Below the pieces are notes generated by a model that saw nothing but the letters and a program-made list of their open reading frames with translations, ran no database searches and was not told the DNA's origin. Made by a program: the position numbers and the translations under genes. A stretch of DNA of 64,000 nucleotides from the IMG/VR virus record IMGVR_UViG_3300038299_000353, positions 19,211-83,210 of that record, one strand, 5' to 3'. The DNA is from a virus. Lineage: Duplodnaviria > Caudoviricetes. Below are positions 57,762 through 64,000 of this stretch, piece after piece; the first letter of the stretch is position 1; each line of letters opens with the position of its first letter.

Positions 57762-58590
57762 TTTTTATGTCTTCTCTAATTTTTGATTCCACGATTTCAT
57801 TGGTAATAATGTTGTCTCTCCAAGCCTCTGGTACATAGCCCCTTTCGTTGTTTTTCCACCTAGGAAAATCTCCTTTTATCAATCTATCCCACTCCTCTTC
57901 GTTAAGAGGTGGATAAACCTCATGCCTATTCTTCGGGGGGTCAGTAAGAATCCACATCTCCTTGGTCCAGCAAGAATGTTTTAAAATGCAAGGGTCTTCT
58001 TGTGACAATTCTCTTACTGAGTAATAACCTTCGTCAGAAAATACTGTTGGCCTAACATGAGCTATAATGCAATTATTATCTGCAAAAAAATCTTGAACCC
58101 ATTCTTCTACATACTTTTGATCATTCGTGATTCCTGGTCCACCTAAAGTAGGTTTTGGAATTCTTTTATAGAATTCCGTTTTCATCATATTAGCTCTTTC
58201 TGAGAATTTTCCATTCCCTTGATTTCCAGCCAAGTCAATGCAGTGGTATTCGTCCAAAGCTCTAATCATCCCATTCATTGAATCTGCGTCAATCTTTTGA
58301 TTTAGCCTTTGATCGCTTTGGACGTATATCAAATATGGAGTTTTGCAATAATCATACATTTGAACGGTAGCTGGGCCACAGCCAAGATTACTATCGTTTA
58401 TAATTAACTCATCAATTAGCCCATCGTTCAAGAATTGTTTACTATAACTTTTTGGAGTTCCGTTGTCGATAAATAAAATATTAACATCTATTAAAAGATT
58501 TTCAGCTAGGGACATTAGTAGCTCCCTTGACTCGCTCTCTTGAAAAAAGTCAAGAATCCCAATCGTTACCTTATCTGTAAAATCTTCCAT
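57748..58590 (-). CDS. GT2-like glycosyltransferase
   Basis: FIDNGT, NLGCG, YLIYVQSD. Confidence 0.72.
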   Translation of the reverse strand: MEDFTDKVTIGILDFFQESESRELLMSLAENLLIDVNILFIDNGTPKSYSKQFLNDGLIDELIINDSNLGCGPATVQMYDYCKTPYLIYVQSDQRLNQKIDADSMNGMIRALDEYHCIDLAGNQGNGKFSERANMMKTEFYKRIPKPTLGGPGITNDQKYVEEWVQDFFADNNCIIAHVRPTVFSDEGYYSVRELSQEDPCILKHSCWTKEMWILTDPPKNRHEVYPPLNEEEWDRLIKGDFPRWKNNERGYVPEAWRDNIITNEIVESKIREDIKNDTD

Positions 58591-58692
58591 AAACTTTTAT
58601 AGTCATATTATGTTTTAAAAACAATTCTTTTTTAGAAAACTTGTTTTCTTATTTATTTCTTTAGAAATAAATCTTTATTCTACTCTGTATTC

Positions 58693-58738
58693 TATGGTAA
58701 ACCATAGGGTTTGGTCAGGGTAAACCTATAGGTTTAGT
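58693..58738. repeat. Palindromic iteron-like repeats next to an AT-rich tract; candidate origin/operator
   Basis: CTATGGT-AA-ACCATAG and AAACCTATAGGTTT; GGTAAACC...GGTTT occurs twice. Confidence 0.55.
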
Positions 58739-59027
58739 CTAAATAGGTAGATTTTAATACTCTGGTTCTGCCATCAAAGCACACTTGTTTGATTAAATTG
58801 AGTTTCTTGAGCTTGCAAATTGTATTGGTTATTGTTTGAGGGCTTGTGTTGAATTTTTTGGCTAAAAATGCGTTTGATGCCCAGCATCCTCCCTTGTCGT
58901 CATCGTCTAAGTTAAATATTTCTGCCCATATGCATTTTTCCATCCAAGTTAAGTTCTCATTTTCCCAAATGCTTTTTGGTATCCAAGTGCCTTTCCAAGC
59001 ACGTTTAGGTTGTTTTTTATCTTCCAT
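58734..59027 (-). CDS. Winged-HTH protein like phage replication initiator N-termini (HTH_36-like)
   Basis: GTWIPKSIW...LTWMEK...GCWASNAFLA...TITNTICKLKKLNLI...FDGRTRVL. Start revised to 59027. Confidence 0.75.
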   Translation of the reverse strand: MEDKKQPKRAWKGTWIPKSIWENENLTWMEKCIWAEIFNLDDDDKGGCWASNAFLAKKFNTSPQTITNTICKLKKLNLIKQVCFDGRTRVLKSTYLD

Positions 59028-59033
59028 TTGTGA

Positions 59034-59098
59034 ATGATATAAAATACTTTTAAAAAAAGTCAACTTTTTATTGACATTTGTAAGTTTTAATGTACCTT
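59034..59098. promoter_or_regulatory. Divergent sigma70-like promoters at the strand switch
   Basis: Minus strand: TTGACT (59063-59058)-N18-TATCAT, 6 nt before ATG 59027. Plus strand: TTGACA (59071)-N16-TACCTT, 7 nt before ATG 59106. Confidence 0.65.
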
Positions 59099-59105
59099 AC
59101 GAAGA

Positions 59106-59630
59106 ATGATTGATGATCTATCTGATTTAGAGCTTACTGAAAATATAAAAAAGGGTATTGACGTAAACAACTGTTTGAAAAAATTACAAGAGAGGCACAG
59201 TGGAATCTTTTATAAAAAGGCCAATGCTTACTCTGGAATAATGGAGATTGAAGATTTAAAGGAAAATCCTTTAAGTTTTTTTTATGATGCTGCAAAAGAG
59301 TTTGATGTTAGTAGGAGCAAATTCTCAACCTGGATAGGCAATAAAGCATTTTGGACTTGTCAGAGCCTTTGCAGCTCAAAGAAATATTTCGTAGAAATAG
59401 AGGACAACCACTTAGTACACATGCCCAATTACGGCAAAAGGGAGTTATTGAGTTATGTTGAAAATGATATTCAAAATGAAGAAAATAGAGAAATTTTAGA
59501 AAAAAGGTTGTCAGGAATGACATTTTCAGAGATAGCTAAAGACATGAATGACAAATATTCTGGCGAATGGATTCGTCAAAAGTACAATAGAATTTTAGAT
59601 AGATATAAACAGATTTTAAATAATGAGTAA
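59106..59630 (+). CDS. Phage-encoded sigma70-family factor (regions 2 and 4)
   Basis: AAKEFDVSRSKFSTW (region 2.3-2.4 pattern) and EILEKRLSGMTFSEIA...SGEWIRQ (region 4 HTH). Confidence 0.85.
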   Translation: MIDDLSDLELTENIKKGIDVNNCLKKLQERHSGIFYKKANAYSGIMEIEDLKENPLSFFYDAAKEFDVSRSKFSTWIGNKAFWTCQSLCSSKKYFVEIEDNHLVHMPNYGKRELLSYVENDIQNEENREILEKRLSGMTFSEIAKDMNDKYSGEWIRQKYNRILDRYKQILNNE

Positions 59631-60735
59631 TTTTAGTTTACAGGTCCCCATTAATGGCACTAGCTTAGGTCAAGTATCTACCAATCTTCTATATGAGCTA
59701 TTCTCTAGAAAGCTGGAGCCTAATATTTTTCCAATAGCTGGAATAGATCTATCTTCTTATGAAGATATCATTCCTGAACAGTTCATGGCTTGGTTGCAAT
59801 TGTGTACTCAAAAATCATTGAAAGACTTCAAGAGAACTGAACCGTCCTTGAGAATTTGGCACATCAATGGCTCTCAAGATTCAATCAGTAAAAACCCCTT
59901 CCTTTATTTTTTCCATGAGCTAGATCAACTTACTGCGACTGAAAAAAATATTTTAAACTCCTATGACAAAGTTGCATCACCTTGCTCTTTCACCGAAGAG
60001 GTCTGCAAAGAATATGGAGTTGATAACCACAAAACAATTAACTTAGGTTACAACTCCCTTGCTTTTAAAGAGACTGAAGTTAAAAAGTATGAAAATAATG
60101 AAATTGTAATTGCTTTGGCTGGTAAATTTGAAAAAAGAAAGCATACTGCTAGTATCATTAATTTGTTAAAAAATAAATTTGGGAATGATAAGAGATTTAA
60201 GATACATCTTCATATATTCAATCCCTTTTTCCATCAAGATCCGAATAAATCTATGGAGATAAACAAAATGAAAGTAGTCGAGGCTTGTGATGGAGATGTT
60301 CCCCATAACATGATCTTTATGCCCTACTTTAGAAAGTTAACGGAGTTGAATCAAGCATATAATATTGCAGACATTGTTGTTGATGGAAGCGGTGGAGAAT
60401 CTTGGTCTCTACCTTCTTTCCATATGGCTGGACTCGGCAAGCAATGTGTAGTTAATTTTAATTCTGGAATTAAAGAGTGGGCAACTGATAGTAATTCTAT
60501 TAAAGTGGCTCCTAATGGTAAAATTTCAGCAATCGATAATCTTTTCTTTCAACAGGGGTCTCCATTTAATTGCGGAAATATTTATGATTTAGATATAGAA
60601 AATATGTCTACTTCATTAGATTCTGCCGTTAAAAATGTCCTTGATGGGAAAATTAATGAAGGCGGCAAAAAGCTGCCATCTCAATTCACAGATGCAAAAT
60701 TCTGTGACGAAATACTAGAACTAATAAAAATATAA
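59623..60735 (+). CDS. GT4-family glycosyltransferase
   Basis: TSLGQ, GKFEKRKH, YNIADIVV..SGGESWSLP. Confidence 0.8.
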   Translation: MSNFSLQVPINGTSLGQVSTNLLYELFSRKLEPNIFPIAGIDLSSYEDIIPEQFMAWLQLCTQKSLKDFKRTEPSLRIWHINGSQDSISKNPFLYFFHELDQLTATEKNILNSYDKVASPCSFTEEVCKEYGVDNHKTINLGYNSLAFKETEVKKYENNEIVIALAGKFEKRKHTASIINLLKNKFGNDKRFKIHLHIFNPFFHQDPNKSMEINKMKVVEACDGDVPHNMIFMPYFRKLTELNQAYNIADIVVDGSGGESWSLPSFHMAGLGKQCVVNFNSGIKEWATDSNSIKVAPNGKISAIDNLFFQQGSPFNCGNIYDLDIENMSTSLDSAVKNVLDGKINEGGKKLPSQFTDAKFCDEILELIKI

Positions 60736-60941
60736 TGAATACAAGTACTATTAAATCAAAAGTAACAAAGTCTCACGGTAAATTTATGAGAGTAAGTCTA
60801 CAAAATTCTAAAGTTTCCGAATGCTTCATGGGTAAAGTTAAATCTATTGGAGAAACGTTCGTAACCTTTGATCGCTTCTCTGGAAAGCGTGGAGAAATTA
60901 AAGTCCATCGAAACTCAATCAAGAGTCTTGCTGTAGTGTAA
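60735..60941 (+). CDS. Small basic beta-barrel (Sm/SH3-like) protein
   Basis: 68 aa with alternating beta pattern; followed by a terminator. Confidence 0.55.
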   Translation: MNTSTIKSKVTKSHGKFMRVSLQNSKVSECFMGKVKSIGETFVTFDRFSGKRGEIKVHRNSIKSLAVV

Positions 60942-60946
60942 TCGAT

Positions 60947-60976
60947 GGCCTTCCTTCGGGAAGGCCTTTCTTTTTT
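60947..60976 (+). terminator. Terminator with cUUCGg tetraloop
   Basis: GGCCTTCC-TTCG-GGAAGGCC-TTTCTTTTTT. Confidence 0.92.
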
Positions 60977-60995
60977 GCAATATTATTGTGTAAAA
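60968..60995 (+). promoter_or_regulatory. Putative late promoter variant TTCTTT-N15-TGTAAAA
   Basis: Same spacing as the other copies; TGTA begins 15 nt before ATG 61004. Confidence 0.5.
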
Positions 60996-61003
60996 TACCT
61001 ATT

Positions 61004-62041
61004 ATGGACACTCGTAATTTTTTAAAAAACGGAAAACAAGTATTGGAAGTATCTTTCTCAGAAGATGAGCTATGTTTTATAGAGATGAGTGAAGCGTCTC
61101 TTGCAGAATCCTTGAAAAAGAAGGTAAAAGAACATAACGAAAAAGTCGGAGACGACAAAAGAAAGAGAGTTACCCTCTCTAAACTAGAAGCGGTATATAA
61201 AAGAGGAGTGGGAGCCTATCGAACAAACCCTCAGAGTGTTAGACCAAGCGTAAAAAGCTCGCAGCAATGGGCTATGGCGCGAGTCAATTCCTTCTTGCAT
61301 GCATTAAGAAATTTAAAATACAAAAGTGGAAAACACGACACTGACTTATTGCCAAAGAGCCACCCAATGTCTGGTCCCTCTGGAAAAGATGGTAGACCTA
61401 AAAAAGCCTCTAAAGAAGCTCCTGAAGGTTATCACTATATGCCTGATGGAAAATTAATGAAAGACTCTGATCATAATGGTGCGGCAAAGTGTAAAGCTGG
61501 AATGGAAGATTATATTTTTTCTACTCCAGAAGGCGCAAGAAAAAAATCAATTCAAATTGGTTTTAAGGGAGAAATTCACACAGACAAAATGGCTGACGGA
61601 ACTCCTATGTATTTTCCAGGACCAAACGAAGACGTTTTCCAAAAATGGTTTAACGAAAATGATTCCCATGATTCTTCTTATAACAAACCAAAGAGTATAA
61701 TGTCTAGTGATTGTGACGATGATTTGGATATAGATGGAAAAGAAGTTGATTCCTTTACCTTTGCGGCTGAATTGAAAAAGGGTGTCAAATTGAATAAACC
61801 ATTTAGAACACCAAAGGGTCCAAAGAAGTTTTCGGTGTATGTTAAAAACGAAAAGGGAAATGTAGTAAAGGTGAATTTCGGAGATCCTAATATGGAAATA
61901 AAGAGAGATGATCCAGCTCGCAGAAAGTCATTTAGAGCTAGGCACAAGTGCGACACAAATCCAGGTCCCAAATACAAAGCCCGCTACTGGTCCTGCAGAA
62001 TGTGGGAATCTGGAGAAAGCGTTAAGGATATTATATCTTAA
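61004..62041 (+). CDS. Mosaic multi-module basic protein, possibly virion-internal
   Basis: Modules VYKRGVGAY...QWAMARVNSF, APEGYHYMPDGKLM, FSTPEGA...GFKGEIH and LNKPFR...FGDP...RRKSFRARHKC...YWSC. Start revised to 61004. Confidence 0.65.
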   Translation: MDTRNFLKNGKQVLEVSFSEDELCFIEMSEASLAESLKKKVKEHNEKVGDDKRKRVTLSKLEAVYKRGVGAYRTNPQSVRPSVKSSQQWAMARVNSFLHALRNLKYKSGKHDTDLLPKSHPMSGPSGKDGRPKKASKEAPEGYHYMPDGKLMKDSDHNGAAKCKAGMEDYIFSTPEGARKKSIQIGFKGEIHTDKMADGTPMYFPGPNEDVFQKWFNENDSHDSSYNKPKSIMSSDCDDDLDIDGKEVDSFTFAAELKKGVKLNKPFRTPKGPKKFSVYVKNEKGNVVKVNFGDPNMEIKRDDPARRKSFRARHKCDTNPGPKYKARYWSCRMWESGESVKDIIS

Positions 62042-62079
62042 ATAATTGGAATAAGGTTGAAATTATAACATAATGATTT

Positions 62080-62460
62080 ATGCCAGAATACATTTACAAA
62101 CATCCAGAAAGAGAAGAGTATATTGAGTTAATTCAATCGGTGAACGATGAACATGTTTTTCATGATGAGGATGGCTTAAAATGGGATAGATCCTATACTC
62201 CAATAAACTTCAGTACTCATAGTAAAATCGACGCCTTCGACAAAGTAGCCTTTACTGATAAGACTGGAAAAATGAAAGGCACATATGGAGATATGTTGGA
62301 CTACTCTAAAGAGCTTAGCATAGAAAGAGAAGAGAGGCTTGGATATGATCCAGTCAAAAAATCATATTTTGAAAAATATGAAAAAGAAGTAGGTAATAAG
62401 CACGTTGAAGATAAGCCAAAGACTAACTTAGAAAATGATTTTGCTAGTATTATAGACTAA
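62080..62460 (+). CDS. FmdB-like N-terminus protein lacking the Zn cysteines
   Basis: MPEYIYKH start pattern. Confidence 0.5.
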   Translation: MPEYIYKHPEREEYIELIQSVNDEHVFHDEDGLKWDRSYTPINFSTHSKIDAFDKVAFTDKTGKMKGTYGDMLDYSKELSIEREERLGYDPVKKSYFEKYEKEVGNKHVEDKPKTNLENDFASIID

Positions 62461-62569
62461 CCTATAAATTATGGTGTAATAAATATATGGTTATATTTAT
62501 TAAAATATTTAATAAGGCTCTATTTTATTTTTAATTTTTATAAAAATTAATTTAAATATTTATTACACT

Positions 62570-63193
62570 ATGGCAGACAAAAAAATATCACAACTAACAG
62601 AATTAACTTCAGCTGACGCAGTAACTGACTTCTTGCCAGTTGTAGACTCTAGCGCAGATGAGACTAAAAAGATTAGATTTAGTAATTTGCCACTAAGCGA
62701 TTCGGCTGCAAGATCTACGTATCCATTCACTACAGACTTTCACGGTGCTGTGGAGCAAACTCGGAATATCACTGCTCCGTTGGTTTATATTACTGGTTAC
62801 GGCGACGACGACACTTTGACTAGTATCTATATTGGGAGCAATGTTCCCAGCATCGGGACATCCGCATTTATTCGTTGTGATCTCTTGAGTGATGTAACCA
62901 TTCCCAACAGCGTCACCAGCATCGGTCTAAACGCATTTCGAAGCTGCACTGTCCTGAATAACTTAACCATTCCCAACAGCGTCACCAGCATCGGGGATAG
63001 CGCATTCAAAAACTGCGTTAACTTACAGACAATTAACTGCAACGTAGATTTTTCTATTATAAATGTTCTAGCTAATGTTTTCAATAACACACCTTCTCCT
63101 CTTACTATAAACGCGCCATCTGGACTGGGTTGGACAGCTGGATCTGGTCAAACAATTGGCGGGAACACAAACGTTACCGTTAACATAATATAA
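62570..63193 (+). CDS. BspA-type (LRR_5) leucine-rich-repeat protein with MADKKISQL N-terminus
   Basis: TIPNSVTSIGxxAFxxC 23-aa repeats. Confidence 0.88.
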   Translation: MADKKISQLTELTSADAVTDFLPVVDSSADETKKIRFSNLPLSDSAARSTYPFTTDFHGAVEQTRNITAPLVYITGYGDDDTLTSIYIGSNVPSIGTSAFIRCDLLSDVTIPNSVTSIGLNAFRSCTVLNNLTIPNSVTSIGDSAFKNCVNLQTINCNVDFSIINVLANVFNNTPSPLTINAPSGLGWTAGSGQTIGGNTNVTVNII

Positions 63194-63211
63194 AGTCAAT
63201 TCAGAACCACA

Positions 63212-64000
63212 ATGGCAAACAAAAAGATATCAGAACTCACAGAACTAACCTCAGCTGAATCAGCAACTGATTTTTCACCAGTTGTAGACTCTAGTGAAAG
63301 TAAAACTAAAAAAATTAAATTAGCCAACTTTCCTCTGAGTGATGCCTCCAAAAATAACGCATACCCATACACGATAGATGTACAGAATGGCGTAGAGCAA
63401 ACTAGAAATCTTACGACGATTACTTCTTCAGATGGGTATAGTTATACAGGCCAACCAAGCAGTATTTACATTGGAAGTAACGTAACCACCATTGGGAGTT
63501 TCGCATTTCCGTTTGCTCCATTTACGAGCGTCACCATCCCCGACAGCGTCACCAGCATCGGGAGTTACGCATTCGTCGGAACTAATCTGACTAGCGTCAC
63601 CATTCCCGACAGCGTCACCAGCATCGGGTCTAACGCATTCTCTTACTGCAGCAGCCTGACGAGCATCACACTTCCAAATAATGTTGATTTCACCAGCATC
63701 CAGGATGGAACTTTGGGAGGCTGCAGCGACCTGTCGAGCGTCACCATTCCCGACAGCGTGACCAGCATCGGGAATGCCGCATTCAGTGGCTGCACTGACC
63801 TGCCGAGCGTCACCATTCCCGACAGCGTCACCAGCATCGGGTCTAACGCATTCTATTACTGCAGCAGCCTGAAGAGCATCACACTTCCAAATAATGTTGA
63901 TTTCACCAGCATCGGTGATAGCGTATTCCGATCAAGCGGCCTGACGAGCATCATCATTCCCGACAGCGTCACCACCATTTTCTTTGGCGCATTCTTTGAC
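63212..64000 (+). CDS. Second BspA-type LRR protein, partial (runs off window; absent from ORF track)
   Basis: Hand translation MANKKISELTELTSAESATDF...TIPDSVTSIGSYAF...; open to base 64000 with about eight repeats. Confidence 0.88.
   Translation, partial: MANKKISELTELTSAESATDFSPVVDSSESKTKKIKLANFPLSDASKNNAYPYTIDVQNGVEQTRNLTTITSSDGYSYTGQPSSIYIGSNVTTIGSFAFPFAPFTSVTIPDSVTSIGSYAFVGTNLTSVTIPDSVTSIGSNAFSYCSSLTSITLPNNVDFTSIQDGTLGGCSDLSSVTIPDSVTSIGNAAFSGCTDLPSVTIPDSVTSIGSNAFYYCSSLKSITLPNNVDFTSIGDSVFRSSGLTSIIIPDSVTTIFFGAFFD
63593..63913 (+). repeat. 108-bp direct repeat (63593-63700 and 63806-63913)
   Basis: Copies differ at two positions only (TCT/TAT and ACG/AAG). Confidence 0.9.

Noticed and set aside
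149-63837. Many short antisense or alternate-frame track ORFs (e.g. 4451-4777, 7279-7692, 13904-14233, 61678-61977, 63643-63837)
   Set aside because: They are nested in well-supported genes and have no motifs or expression signals.
63593-63913. Diversity-generating retroelement template/variable repeat pair
   Set aside because: Both mismatches involve A, but two sites are too few, both copies are coding within one ORF, and no reverse transcriptase is in the window.
62890-64000. CRISPR-like repeat-spacer pattern
   Set aside because: The period is 66-75 bp, always in frame, and encodes LRR repeats; no cas operon is present.
1-64000. Stop-codon reassignment, tRNAs, introns/inteins, integrase
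   Set aside because: Code 11 gives dense full-length genes ending in TAA, TAG and TGA; terL, dnaB and nrdAB look uninterrupted; no tRNA or integrase was recognised by eye.

Overview
The window is a gene-dense, AT-rich segment of a large lytic tailed phage (Caudoviricetes). It reads in standard code 11 and shows no integrase, tRNA or CRISPR array. Bases 1-35.8 kb (+ strand) hold the virion module: ERCC4-type nuclease, terminase, portal, protease-scaffold, decoration protein, major capsid, neck, tail tube (no sheath, so siphovirus-like), a 1884-aa tape measure, baseplate proteins, Ser/Thr-Gly-rich appendage proteins and a Cys-rich protein. Bases 35.8-59.0 kb (- strand) hold replication and recombination genes (DnaB, primase, RecA-like, SSB, nucleases, NrdAB). 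These are interleaved with a large glycan toolkit: both HldE domains, a split GT9, a GT4, Gmd, five GT-A-fold enzymes and a methyltransferase. Bases 59.1-64 kb (+ strand) hold a sigma factor, a second GT4, a mosaic protein and two BspA-type LRR genes. Main leads: (1) a candidate phage-encoded virion O-glycosylation/heptosylation system acting on S/T-G sites; (2) a spaced late-promoter motif TTCNCA-N15-TGTA with a candidate cognate sigma factor, including an internal scaffold promoter; (3) high-GC, homogenised LRR cassettes behind a shared docking-like N-terminus; (4) FAxG-delimited cargo modules in the tape measure. All protein family calls come from motifs recognised by eye; no searches were run.
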